A stretch of 50,250 nt of DNA from Deinococcaceae bacterium (GTDB lineage: Bacteria > Deinococcota > Deinococci > Deinococcales > Trueperaceae): positions 1 through 50,250 of the forward strand of contig JBDZWC010000005.1 in the NCBI GenBank assembly GCA_040256005.1. Direction: 5' to 3'. The first letter of the stretch is position 1, and every line of letters starts with the position of its first letter. Below are positions 38,255 through 47,872 of this stretch, piece by piece. A program made the position numbers and the translations under genes. The notes under the pieces were generated by a model, which was not told the DNA's origin, ran no database searches, and was given only the letters and a program-made list of their open reading frames with translations.

Positions 38255-39358
38255 TCAGCCACCCAACGCCTCGTGAGCCTCCTGCAGCGCTTCGAGCAGC
38301 TCGCGGCAGGCCGCCGCGGGATCTTCCACGGGGACGAACTCCTCCTCGTCCTCGTCTTCGTCCTCTTCTTCTTCCTCCTCGACGCCCTCGAGCTCGGGCT
38401 CCAGGCCGGTCAGCGCCACGATCTGCTCGCTGGCCTCCTCGTGGACCTCGGGCGCCATGAAGCTCAGGAAGCTGGCCAGGTCGGCGCTGAAGTAGAGGTA
38501 ACCGACGGCGATCACACCCTCGACGGCCAGGTCGTCGTCGCCCGCGTCGTAGGCCTCGCAGTAGCCGGCCAGCTGATCAGGCAACTGGGCGGAGAGGGCG
38601 AAGAGGTCACGACCGGGGAACAGCTCGGCGTCCACGATCGCCTCTAGCAGTCCGATCACGCGCTGCACGGGCGCCTCGGCCTCCTCCGGGTTGCCTACGA
38701 TGGCGTTCTCGATGGTGGCCTCGGGGTAGAGGGTGCCGAGGAACTCCCACATCTCCTCGACGTCTGCGCGGTGCTGTTCGTCAGCGGCGGGTGCCACCAC
38801 CGCATCCCAGATGTCCACCACGCGCGCCAGGGACACGTAGCCCATCGTGTACGCGCCCAGCTCGCCTTCGGTGGCCTCCTCGTAGCCTTCGCCCACGCCG
38901 CCCTCGCCCAGCGAGAGCTCCACGATGAGCGCGGCCGCGAACGCGGGGTCGGAACGCACGTCGGCTGGCACCACGAGGTCGTAAGCCTGCTGGAGGAGCT
39001 CGCGAGCCTCCGCCACTGCTTCACCGGAGACCTCACCGTCCTCGGCGGCCTCCTCGACCTCCTCGACGGCCTCCTCCAACTCCTCCGCCAAGTCGGCGTC
39101 GGCGCGGGCCACGGAGCCCATGAACCGGCGCAGGTCGGCGTCGAAGCCCTCGATCACCTCGAGGTAGTCGTCGTCCAGGTCGTCACCCACGAGATCGAGG
39201 ACCTCGAGCCGCAGCAGCGCCAGCTCGAAACCGTACGCCTGGCTGACGGCGAGCGTGTCGTCGAAGAACGGCCGCTGCGAGTACTGCGCCGACGCGGTTC
39301 CGGCGAAGAAGAGCGTCGCCGCGATCAGAAGCGCCTTGAGGCCGCGCTCAGTCGTCAC
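38255..39358 (-). CDS. Hypothetical secreted, highly acidic helical protein
   Basis: Signal peptide (..GTASAQ); about 25% Asp+Glu by hand count; overlaps the upstream beta-propeller gene; high-GC3 coding pattern. Confidence 0.8.
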   Translation of the reverse strand: MTTERGLKALLIAATLFFAGTASAQYSQRPFFDDTLAVSQAYGFELALLRLEVLDLVGDDLDDDYLEVIEGFDADLRRFMGSVARADADLAEELEEAVEEVEEAAEDGEVSGEAVAEARELLQQAYDLVVPADVRSDPAFAAALIVELSLGEGGVGEGYEEATEGELGAYTMGYVSLARVVDIWDAVVAPAADEQHRADVEEMWEFLGTLYPEATIENAIVGNPEEAEAPVQRVIGLLEAIVDAELFPGRDLFALSAQLPDQLAGYCEAYDAGDDDLAVEGVIAVGYLYFSADLASFLSFMAPEVHEEASEQIVALTGLEPELEGVEEEEEEDEDEDEEEFVPVEDPAAACRELLEALQEAHEALGG

Positions 39359-40391
39359 CCGGGATCACCCCGATCTCTGCGGAGTGCGCGCCGCGACCCG
39401 CCTGGATGCTGCCGACCACGCACAGGCACTCGGTGTCGATGACGGAGATGCTGTCCGAGAGGCCGTTGGCCGTGTACACGGTGGTGCCGTCCGGGGTGAT
39501 GGCGATGCCCCACGGGCGCCTGCCCATCTGCTCCCGGATCGTCGCGACGATCTCGTTGTTCGTCGTGTCTATCACGTAGACGGCGCTGGTGCCGCCGCCG
39601 GCGACGTAGAGGCGGCTGGACGTAGGGTCCACCGCGATCTCAACCGGCCGTGAGTCCAGGCCCAGGTTGATCGTCTCGATGACCGAGTGGGTGCTCGTGT
39701 CGACGACAGAGATGGTGCCGCCGATCTCGGCGGACACGTACGCCCTGGTGCCGTCGTTCGAGAACTCGACGACGCGGGGGCGGTTGCCGACCAGGAAGTG
39801 CTTGACTACCTGGAGGCTCTCGCGGTCGACGACCGTGACGGTGTGCGTGGCCTCGGCCGTGATGTACACCCACTTGCCGTCGGGGCTGATGGCGACGCCC
39901 TCGGCCTCGACGCCCACGCGGAAGTTCGCGAGCTGCTCACCGGTCGCGACGTCGTAGCCGGCGCCCTGGGCGATCGCTTCCAGGGCCGCCCACACCTGGG
40001 TGCCGTCGGGGCTGACCGCGACGCGCTCCGGGTTGCCGCCCGCGCGGAACTCCCCGACGACCTCGTTGGTACGCACGTCGATGGCGACGATCTTGTCCTC
40101 CGGCGTCTCGATCTGCGGGTTGAAGTCGCTGATGGAGACGTAGATGATCGCGCCGTCGGGGCTCACGGCCATGCCGCGGGGCCGCACCTCGCCGGGCCGG
40201 CCGGAGATCGTGATCGTGTCGATGACCTCGTTCGTCGCGGTGTCCACGACGGTGATGTCGGCGCTGTACTCGTTGGCCACGTAGAGGCGATACGCGTCCG
40301 CCTCCTGAGCCACCGCCGTTCCGAAGGTCAGGGCCAGTGTCAGCGTCGCCAGTACGCCGAACGCTCGTTGCTTCACGGGCTGTGCTCTCAT
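39348..40391 (-). CDS. YVTN beta-propeller, PQQ-catabolism associated (LutB/PedA2-like)
   Basis: LYVANE, PRGMAVSPDG, VGVEAEGVAISPDGKW, YVSAEIGGTISVVD, RRPWGIAITPDG..YTANGLSDSISVID; ATG 40391 after GAGGAG. Confidence 0.85.
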   Translation of the reverse strand: MRAQPVKQRAFGVLATLTLALTFGTAVAQEADAYRLYVANEYSADITVVDTATNEVIDTITISGRPGEVRPRGMAVSPDGAIIYVSISDFNPQIETPEDKIVAIDVRTNEVVGEFRAGGNPERVAVSPDGTQVWAALEAIAQGAGYDVATGEQLANFRVGVEAEGVAISPDGKWVYITAEATHTVTVVDRESLQVVKHFLVGNRPRVVEFSNDGTRAYVSAEIGGTISVVDTSTHSVIETINLGLDSRPVEIAVDPTSSRLYVAGGGTSAVYVIDTTNNEIVATIREQMGRRPWGIAITPDGTTVYTANGLSDSISVIDTECLCVVGSIQAGRGAHSAEIGVIPGDD

Positions 40392-40447
40392 GCTCTCCTC
40401 TCGCCCGCCGGCCGTCCGCCGGCGGAACTCGACAGCTTCAGTTCCCT

Positions 40448-41743
40448 TCACCTGTCGCACCTGCTCGCCGCTGCCAGGTCACCGATCTGATCGAGGCGCT
40501 CGACCGGGTCCGTGCCGGGCATGTAGATCGCCGGCAGCTCCCCTACGAGCGTCGCGAGCATGAACGGGTCCTCCTCCGACGCGCTGATCTTGATCAGGTA
40601 GAGGGACTGTCTCAGTTGGCCGTCCCACGGACGGAAAGTGGTGCCGATGCCCTTCCACACGTCGAACACTGTGGTCGCGGAACCCAGGTAGCCCAGGACG
40701 GCCTCCGCGTCTGCGGAGCCGCCGAAGAAGGCGGCCTCGTAGCCCAGCTTCACCGCCTGGTACACGGCCCAGGCCGGCGTCTCCATGGGCCGGTCCTCGA
40801 ACCTGAGACGGTAGCGGGCGTTTAGTTCCCTGGCGCCGTAGGCGTCGAGGGTGGCTTCCCAGGCGCTGGCCCGATGGCCGGCACCCAGCGTGGGTGCCGC
40901 GTCCCGGGAGGCGTCGTAGAAGGTTCGTGTCTGGGCCTCGGGGTAAGGGAAGCCGGTGACGACGACGTCTAGACCGGCCTGCTCCATGGCAGCCAGGACC
41001 CTGATCTGCTCTTGGGCGGGCATGAGCAGAACGACCAGGCTGGCGCCGCTTCGACGGACCTGGTCTATCGCCACAGCGGGGTCCTCACCGACGTCCATAC
41101 CTACGTCGCCTGCGGTGCGAGCGCCGAAGTGCCGCTCCCGGAGGCCGCGCTGGATCCGCTGCAACTGGGCGGCGGACTCGGCGTCGTTGCCGTGGACGAA
41201 GAACCACTCGCGGTAGCCGGAACGCACGTACCAGCCTGCCAGCGAGTCGAGGTACATGGCGGCGCTGGGCGCGATGTGGAAGGTGGTCGCCTCGCACTGT
41301 TCCTGTCTCAGGACGTCGGCCGAGGACCCGATGTTCAGGTACGGGACGCCGGCCTCCGCTGACCAGGTCGCCAACGCGGACGCCTCCTCGAGGCTGAAGC
41401 CCCCCGCGACCACGAAAGCGCCCTCGTCCACGAGTTCGCGGGCAGCGGCGACGACCGCCTCGGCCCCAGCGGCCTCGCGCGTCAGGACGGCGAAGTCGAT
41501 GCCGAGCATCTCGGCGTTGAACGCGAACTCCTCGTCGGCCATGACCGCGCCGCTGGCTGCCGAGGTAGCGACCGCGTCCGCGATGGGATCGCCCGTCGTC
41601 GGGGGCAGCACCACGCCCACGCGCAGCGGTTCGGTGGGTAGGCCCTGGGCCGTGCCGAGCGGCACTATCGACAGGGCGAGGACGGCACACAGGCCGACGA
41701 CGATACGAAGTGGATGCCGGCGGCTGGGGTGTCGTCCGTTCAT
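40448..41743 (-). CDS. ABC substrate-binding protein, PQQ-dehydrogenase system (LutA/PedA1-like)
   Basis: Signal peptide; PYLNIGSSADVLRQEQC..TFHIAPSAAMYLDSLA..WFFVHG; TFRPWDGQLRQ; RLDQIGD. Confidence 0.82.
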   Translation of the reverse strand: MNGRHPSRRHPLRIVVGLCAVLALSIVPLGTAQGLPTEPLRVGVVLPPTTGDPIADAVATSAASGAVMADEEFAFNAEMLGIDFAVLTREAAGAEAVVAAARELVDEGAFVVAGGFSLEEASALATWSAEAGVPYLNIGSSADVLRQEQCEATTFHIAPSAAMYLDSLAGWYVRSGYREWFFVHGNDAESAAQLQRIQRGLRERHFGARTAGDVGMDVGEDPAVAIDQVRRSGASLVVLLMPAQEQIRVLAAMEQAGLDVVVTGFPYPEAQTRTFYDASRDAAPTLGAGHRASAWEATLDAYGARELNARYRLRFEDRPMETPAWAVYQAVKLGYEAAFFGGSADAEAVLGYLGSATTVFDVWKGIGTTFRPWDGQLRQSLYLIKISASEEDPFMLATLVGELPAIYMPGTDPVERLDQIGDLAAASRCDR

Positions 41744-41960
41744 CTGCTCAGGTCTCCTCCGGGGTGCTGCCGGGCGCGCGAAACGCGTCTGGCAGGGGAT
41801 TCTCGTGGCCGGGGCCGGTGGGCTGGATGGTATATCATCCGGCCCGCCGAAGCCCTTCGGCGCGCTTCATCGACCGCCAACCTTCGCGGCGGCGATATAT
41901 CGAACGCCCCGAGACCTCGCTAAGGCTAGTCTTGGGACGTAAGTCAAGGGTAAGTGAGCC

Positions 41961-42629
41961 ATGCGGATCCTCTTGTTGGAAGACAACGACGACATCGGGT
42001 TGGCCCTGGCCGAGGCTCTTAGGCACGAGCGCTACGACGTCACCTGGGTGAAGACCGACGCGGGCGCGTCGCGCGCGGCCGCCGAGAGGCACTACGACCT
42101 CGCCGTGCTGGACGTCATGATCGGTCCCGACGACGATGCTGGCTTCCGGCTCGCCAGCCAGCTGCGCGAGGCCGGCTTCGCCGGAAGCGTGCTCTTCGTC
42201 AGCGCCAGGGATGCCGAGGCCGACAGGGTCCGTGGCCTGGACCTGGGCGGCGATGACTACCTCGTCAAGCCGTTCGGGCTGGCGGAGTTCCTGGCCCGCG
42301 TCCGCGCCCTGGTGCGGCGCCACGCCCAGACGCGGACCACGTTGCTGGACCGCAAACCACTGCAGGTCGACCTCGCGAACCGGCGGATCTCATGGGAGGA
42401 CAGGGAGGTCCAGCTCTCCGCCAGGGAGTTCGAGATGTTGGAGCTCTTCGCCCTCTACCCCGAGAGGGTCTTCACCGCCGACGAGCTGCAGGAGCGCCTC
42501 TTCCCGGAGGCCGGCTCGGGCCCCAGGGTCGTGCGTGTCTACGTCAGCCAACTCAGGCACAAGGTCGCGGGTGAGGTCATCGCGACCGTACCGGGCGGCT
42601 ACCGGTTGGGTCCGGGCCAGACGACATGA
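41961..42629 (+). CDS. OmpR-family response regulator
   Basis: ILLLEDND, VLDVM, GGDDYLVKPF, winged helix VRVYVSQLRHK..GGYRL. Confidence 0.93.
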   Translation: MRILLLEDNDDIGLALAEALRHERYDVTWVKTDAGASRAAAERHYDLAVLDVMIGPDDDAGFRLASQLREAGFAGSVLFVSARDAEADRVRGLDLGGDDYLVKPFGLAEFLARVRALVRRHAQTRTTLLDRKPLQVDLANRRISWEDREVQLSAREFEMLELFALYPERVFTADELQERLFPEAGSGPRVVRVYVSQLRHKVAGEVIATVPGGYRLGPGQTT

Positions 42630-43621
42630 GCCTCAGGCGGTCCGTCTTCCTGGCGGTGATGACGGCCGTGCTGGCCGCCACGTTGCTCGAGGGCGTCCTG
42701 GACGTCGGCCTGGAGGCGCTGGGTGACGCCTTCGGCAGCGGCGAGGGCTCGCCCGCCCGTCTCCTGCTGGACCTGGTGGACGTGCCGCTGTTCGCGCTCC
42801 TCGGTCTGGCGCTCGCGTACTGGCTGTCACGGCGCATCGCCCGCCCCCTGAGCAGGCTCACGAGCGCCAACCGGCAGCTGGCGACCGCCGGGCGCGTGGA
42901 GACGCTCAACGTTCCGCCGGGCGGCGATGAGCTGTCCGAGCTGGTCTCGAGCTTCAACGCCATGGCGCGGGCCGTCGACGAGCACGTGGAGCGCGAACGC
43001 GCCTTCACCCGCTACGCCTCGCACGAGCTGAGGACCCCGCTTTCCGCCATGCGCCTGCAACTGGAGGCCGTGCGGTTGGGCCACAAGCCCGCCGAGGCGA
43101 CGTTGCCGGTCCTGGAGAAGAACGTCAAGCGCATGGAGGAGGTGCTGGGCGCGCTCCTGGCGCTGGCCAGGTCCGACGATTCGGCGCCCGAGCGCGCGCC
43201 GCTCATGCCGCTGCTCCAGGAGTCGCTGGCCGCCATGCCGGAGGAGCAGCGTGGTCGCGTGGAACTGCTGGGCTCTCTGGGCAGCACCTACGTCGCACAG
43301 CCCCGCCTGGTGCAGCAGGCCGTGGAGAACCTCGTCGAGAACGCTCTGCTGCACGGCGGCGGCACCGCCAGGGTGGAGGTCGGGGAAACGGCGGGGCGCC
43401 TGTGGGTGCGAGTGGCTGACGAGGGCCCCGGCGTGCCCATCGAATCTCTACCGCGTCTCACGGAGCCGTTCTTCCGCGTCGACCCGACCACCAACGGCAT
43501 GGGCCTCGGCCTGGCGTTCGTCTCGCATGTCGCGCGGGCGCTGGGTGGCGAGCTCGTCCTCAACAGCGAGGGGGGCGGCATGGCCGCCACCCTCACACTG
43601 CCCGAAGCGACCCCGGCCTAA
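42626..43621 (+). CDS. HAMP sensor histidine kinase
   Basis: Two TMs, HAMP (RIARPL..DELSELVSSFNAM), ASHELRTPL, NLVENAL, DEGPG, GMGLGL. Confidence 0.92.
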   Translation: MSLRRSVFLAVMTAVLAATLLEGVLDVGLEALGDAFGSGEGSPARLLLDLVDVPLFALLGLALAYWLSRRIARPLSRLTSANRQLATAGRVETLNVPPGGDELSELVSSFNAMARAVDEHVERERAFTRYASHELRTPLSAMRLQLEAVRLGHKPAEATLPVLEKNVKRMEEVLGALLALARSDDSAPERAPLMPLLQESLAAMPEEQRGRVELLGSLGSTYVAQPRLVQQAVENLVENALLHGGGTARVEVGETAGRLWVRVADEGPGVPIESLPRLTEPFFRVDPTTNGMGLGLAFVSHVARALGGELVLNSEGGGMAATLTLPEATPA

Positions 43622-43633
43622 GGGAAGGGCCGT

Positions 43634-44647
43634 CTACCGGTTCACCACGGGAGCGGCCCGCTCGTCCGAGCTGGGGCGGTTGCCGCCGTTGACGACGGGC
43701 CAGCCGTCCTCCCACTCGATCACGTCGATGAGCGCGGGCCGGCGCGTGGCGCCGTTGCGCAGGTGGTCGTTGGTCGGGTCGATGGCGTGATACACGAGCC
43801 AGTCCTGGCCGGCATCGTCGGTGGCCACGGCCACGTGGCCGGGCCCCACCCAGGCGTCGTTGCGGTACAGCACGATGCGGCCGCCGCCGGCCCGCAGGTT
43901 CCTGCCCGTGTCGTCGAGGTACGGGCCGAGCACGTCCTGCGAGCGGCCGACCCACGTCGCGTAGGTGGAGTTGGCGCCGTCGCAGCAGGAGCCGGAAGAG
44001 AGGAATAGGTAGAGGTAGCCGTCGCGCTCGTGCAGGTACGCGCCCTCGAAGCGCGAGTCGGCGAGGCGCACGACCTCTCCTACCGGTTCCGTGCCGTCGT
44101 CCGACAGGCGCACGGCGTGGATGCCGTTGAAGCTGCCCCACACGAGGGTCCTGGCGCCGTCCGCGGCCACGTAGTGGTACGGGTCGATAGAGTTCCGGAC
44201 GCCGATGTCGTCGGAGCAGAAGACGGCACGGCCGAGGTCCTCCCAGGGGCCGGTCGGGCTGGGAGAGCGCGCCAGGCCGATGCACGGGTTGGGGTCACCC
44301 CACGTGGAGTAGCTGTAGTAGAGGTGGTACACGCCGTCCACGAGGCTGACGTCTGGCGCCCACAGGAAGCCCTGGCTCTTCCAGCGCGGCGGCAGCGTGA
44401 AGACGTCTCCGACGAACTCCCACGCGACGAGGTCGCTGGACCGGAACGTCGGTAGGTAGTGCTCGAGCCCGTCGTCCCACCTGTCCTGCGTGGCATAGAG
44501 GTACCAGAAGCCGTCGGGCGCGCGGATCAGGCTCGGGTCGGCGGCTACCGGGGCGATGACCGGGTTCGTGTACGTCTGCGCGGTGGCCACGGCAACGAGA
44601 GTAACGAGGGCGAGCGCATGCAGGAGCCGGCCGGGTCGAGAGGTCAT
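43634..44647 (-). CDS. Glycoside hydrolase family 43 (arabinanase/xylosidase-like), secreted
   Basis: NPVI..ADPS, WAPDV, NSIDP, FEGAY, GPGH; signal peptide after ATG 44647. Confidence 0.88.
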   Translation of the reverse strand: MTSRPGRLLHALALVTLVAVATAQTYTNPVIAPVAADPSLIRAPDGFWYLYATQDRWDDGLEHYLPTFRSSDLVAWEFVGDVFTLPPRWKSQGFLWAPDVSLVDGVYHLYYSYSTWGDPNPCIGLARSPSPTGPWEDLGRAVFCSDDIGVRNSIDPYHYVAADGARTLVWGSFNGIHAVRLSDDGTEPVGEVVRLADSRFEGAYLHERDGYLYLFLSSGSCCDGANSTYATWVGRSQDVLGPYLDDTGRNLRAGGGRIVLYRNDAWVGPGHVAVATDDAGQDWLVYHAIDPTNDHLRNGATRRPALIDVIEWEDGWPVVNGGNRPSSDERAAPVVNR

Positions 44648-45897
44648 GGGCTCCCCTCCTTGGAAGCGGCGGCTACGGACGCCGTCGCGCGGGTCGCCGC
44701 CCCCTCGCCGGCGGACCGCGCCAGGGCCGCGAACGTGTCGGCGGCGTCGGTGCGCAGCCTGTCGGAGGTCGTCGGCGTGAGGTGGAACAGCCCGGCCGGG
44801 CATACGAACCCGGTCCTCTCGACCAGTAGGGTGTTCCAGTCGATGTGGTCGAAGAGAGGCCACCAGGTGTAGCCCAGGACCTCCGCGCCGCCGGCCGCAG
44901 CCTCCTCGATCTGGCCCAGGTTCCACTCCAGCCAGCCGCGCCGGACCTCGTCGCTGCCCGAAGCGCTCGACTCGGCCACGAAGAGCGGAACCCCGTAGCG
45001 CTCGTGGTAGGCCAACGCGGTGGCCGCCAGGCCGTGGGGCCGCGCCGCCTTGGTGATCACCGGCTCTCCGTCCGGCGCCAGGTCGAAGTCGTGCTCGGTC
45101 TCGGGGTAGTAGTCCAGCCCGATAACGTCGGCCGGCACCGGCTGCGCGGCGTAGCGGTCAAGTTCGCCCAACGGGAAGCCGGCGGCCGCCAGCCACTCGA
45201 AGGTCTCGTGACCTGGCACAGCCAGGCCATGCAGCACGTCGAAGGCGGCGTAGCGCTGCAACGTCCTGAAGGCGGCTTCCCCGGCCACTTCGGGCCTGAC
45301 CGGGTGGAACGAGTCCGCGCCGTCGTTGAGCCAGAACTGCGTCTCGGGCGCGGCGCGCCGTACGCGGGACATGCCCTGGTGCAGGGCGCGCAGAACCGGT
45401 GCCAATAAGCGGACGAAGCCCTCTCGACCCTTGAGGTGCGGGGGCCAGATCCCCCAACCGGCCCGGAAGTAGACGCTGATGTAGGGCTCGTTCCACGGCG
45501 TCAGCTTGGTCACCACGCCGCGGTAGCGGCTCGCGAACGCCTCGGCGTAGGCCGCATATGCCGACGGGAAGTCGGGGTCGAGGTACCCGCCGGTCAGGTA
45601 ATGAGGGACGCCGAAGTGCACCAGGTCCCACACCGGCTCGAGGCCCAGACGATCCATCTCCTCCAGCACCGCGTCGACCTGCGAGAAGTCGTAGCGGCCG
45701 GGGGCGGTCTCGACCTCCGGCCAGGTGATCCCGTAGCGCAGGCCGGTCGCGCCCAGCTCGCTGGCCAGCGCCAGGTCCTCCCGCCAGCGCTCGCGGTGCC
45801 CCGTCCAGGTGAGCTCGTCGACGTCCATGTCAGGCATGTTGGCGTTCTCGATGCCGACCAGCCACATCAAGCCCTGCTCACCGCCGCGCTCACTCAT
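44644..45897 (-). CDS. Glycoside hydrolase family 1-like beta-glycosidase
   Basis: RWREDLAL, LRYGITW, DLVHFG, TPWNEP, GLDYY, FVAES, GYTWWP. Confidence 0.82.
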   Translation of the reverse strand: MSERGGEQGLMWLVGIENANMPDMDVDELTWTGHRERWREDLALASELGATGLRYGITWPEVETAPGRYDFSQVDAVLEEMDRLGLEPVWDLVHFGVPHYLTGGYLDPDFPSAYAAYAEAFASRYRGVVTKLTPWNEPYISVYFRAGWGIWPPHLKGREGFVRLLAPVLRALHQGMSRVRRAAPETQFWLNDGADSFHPVRPEVAGEAAFRTLQRYAAFDVLHGLAVPGHETFEWLAAAGFPLGELDRYAAQPVPADVIGLDYYPETEHDFDLAPDGEPVITKAARPHGLAATALAYHERYGVPLFVAESSASGSDEVRRGWLEWNLGQIEEAAAGGAEVLGYTWWPLFDHIDWNTLLVERTGFVCPAGLFHLTPTTSDRLRTDAADTFAALARSAGEGAATRATASVAAASKEGSP

Positions 45898-46816
45898 CCT
45901 TGAGACCCGTCAGCGACATGCCCCTGATGAAGTAGCGCTGGGCGAAGAGGAACGCGACAAGCACCGGCACCGATGCGATGGCCGTGCCCGCCATGAGCTT
46001 GCCGTACGCGGTCCAGTAGCGGCTGCTGAACGTGGTTATCGCCACGGGCAACGTCTGCATCTCGCCGTGTACGACGAAGAGAGGCCACACGTAGTTGTTC
46101 CACGACGCCATGAACTGGAACAGACCGAGCGTGGCCATGGGCGCGACGAGGAAAGGCAGCAGCACGTACCACAGCACCTGCATTGAGTTCGCGCCGTCGA
46201 GCCTGGCCGCTTCCTCCAGCTCCCTGGGTATCGAGATGAAGAACTGCCGCATCAGGAAGACGCCGAAGGCGGCCGGCAGACCCGGCCAGATCAAGGCGTG
46301 GTAGGTGTCAACCCACCCGAAGTCGATCATCATCAGGTAGTGGGGGATCAGGAAGATGATGCCTGGGATCATCATCGAGGCGAGGATCACCCAGAACCAG
46401 AAGTTCCGCCCCCTGAAGCGCATGCGTGACAGCGGATAGGCCGTCATTACGGCCAGCGCCACGCTGCCCAGCGCGAACGCCAGCGAGGTGAAGAGCGAGT
46501 TGAACGTCCAACGCGCGAACGGCGCGTTGGGCGACTCCAGGATCGTGCGGTAGTTCTCCAGCGTGGGCTCTGCCGGCCACCACTGGACCGGCCTGGCGAC
46601 GGTGTCGGCTTCGCTCTTCAGGGACGTCGTCACCATCCAGTAGATGGGAGCGAGGAACAGGACCGCCAGCACGCTCAGCAGCACGAACCGCGGGGCGTCG
46701 CGCCACCGGGGCCGGTTCTCGCGGCGCTCCACGCGCGTGCGCACGGCTGCGGCGGTGCGCGCCGCCGGCCCGGATGCCACCGTAGTCGACCGGTAGGTGG
46801 GAGCCCTGGCGCTCAC
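45890..46816 (-). CDS. Carbohydrate ABC permease (MalG-like)
   Basis: IPRELEEAARLDGA, SWNNYVWP, AQRYFIRG. Confidence 0.93.
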   Translation of the reverse strand: MSARAPTYRSTTVASGPAARTAAAVRTRVERRENRPRWRDAPRFVLLSVLAVLFLAPIYWMVTTSLKSEADTVARPVQWWPAEPTLENYRTILESPNAPFARWTFNSLFTSLAFALGSVALAVMTAYPLSRMRFRGRNFWFWVILASMMIPGIIFLIPHYLMMIDFGWVDTYHALIWPGLPAAFGVFLMRQFFISIPRELEEAARLDGANSMQVLWYVLLPFLVAPMATLGLFQFMASWNNYVWPLFVVHGEMQTLPVAITTFSSRYWTAYGKLMAGTAIASVPVLVAFLFAQRYFIRGMSLTGLKDE

Positions 46817-47802
46817 GCTCTACCCCTCCCCAGGTCGCGCAAAGTGAGCCGGAACTGGAAGCCGGTCACCACGAGCAGCAGCACTCCGAACAGTAGCGAC
46901 ATCGCCGCCGCCGAGCTGAACTGGAACCGCGTGAAGGCCTCTTCGGTCACGAACATCATCACGCTCTGTGTGGTCCGAAGTGGCCCACCGGCTGTCATCA
47001 CGTGCGGCTGCCCGAACAGCTGGAACGAGGCGATCGTCGTGGTGACTGCGGCGAAGAGCGTCACGGGGTTCAGCTGCGGCCAGGTCACGTAGCGGAACTT
47101 CGCCCAGGCGCCCGCCCCGTCTATGGCCGCCGCCTCGTAGTACGCCTGAGGGATGGCGGCCAGCGCCGCCGAGTAGAGGATCATGTTGAAGCCGACGGTC
47201 CACCAGACCGTGCCGACGATGATGGGTATCCAAGCCAGACCGATGGTCGTTAGGAAGGCCACCGGCTCGGTGAACGGGATCATGTCGAGGACCACGTTGA
47301 CGAGGCCGGTCCTGTTCTCGAACATCCACTTCCACAGGAGGCCCATGACCGAGACCGAGAGGATCGTCGGGAGGAAGAACACCGCCCGGAAGAACGACCG
47401 CCCGGGGATGGGCTTGTGCAGCAGCAGGGCGAGCCCGAGGGCACATACGATGAGGAGGGGCGTCGTGATGACGGTGAACAGCGCGGTGTTCCCCATCGTC
47501 TTCCAGAAGAAGGTGAACTGGGGCGTGCCCGGGGTGAGCAGGCGGGTATAGAACTCTGCGCCGACGAACGGCTGGTTGTCCGACAGGATGTTCCAGCGGT
47601 GCAGAGACACGTAGATAGCGAATCCGACCGGGTAGACGATGAAGACGAAGAACAGTACGGCGTGCGGGAGTAGATACAGGTACGGCTCGAGCGGGTTGCC
47701 ATCCACCCGAGGGCGCAGACCTCCGCGGCGCGCCGGCCTGAGCGTGACGCCCGGCCTGGGGGCCGGCGCCACCGCCGCGCTGTCGGTAGACGGTCCGCTC
47801 AT
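46813..47802 (-). CDS. Carbohydrate ABC permease (MalF-like)
   Basis: IPQAYYEAAAIDGAGAW..VTWP; ATG 47802 after AGGAGG. Confidence 0.92.
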   Translation of the reverse strand: MSGPSTDSAAVAPAPRPGVTLRPARRGGLRPRVDGNPLEPYLYLLPHAVLFFVFIVYPVGFAIYVSLHRWNILSDNQPFVGAEFYTRLLTPGTPQFTFFWKTMGNTALFTVITTPLLIVCALGLALLLHKPIPGRSFFRAVFFLPTILSVSVMGLLWKWMFENRTGLVNVVLDMIPFTEPVAFLTTIGLAWIPIIVGTVWWTVGFNMILYSAALAAIPQAYYEAAAIDGAGAWAKFRYVTWPQLNPVTLFAAVTTTIASFQLFGQPHVMTAGGPLRTTQSVMMFVTEEAFTRFQFSSAAAMSLLFGVLLLVVTGFQFRLTLRDLGRGRA

Positions 47803-47819
47803 CGGCACCTCCTACAGCC

Positions 47820-47856
47820 CCTGTGGGCGTCCCGATGCGGCCGGGACGCCCACAGG
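47820..47856. other. Intergenic stem-loop between SBP and permease genes
   Basis: 15-bp perfect stem cctgtgggcgtcccg / cgggacgcccacagg, 7-nt loop, no U-tail. Confidence 0.8.
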
Positions 47857-47872
47857 TGGCGCGAGAACTGGC

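Noticed and set aside
38255..38330. Direct homology of the acidic protein C-terminus (CRELLEALQEAHEAL) to LanD, or lanmodulin EF-hands
   Set aside because: Resemblance is too short and compositional, and no canonical EF-hand loops are seen; kept only as a positional analogy
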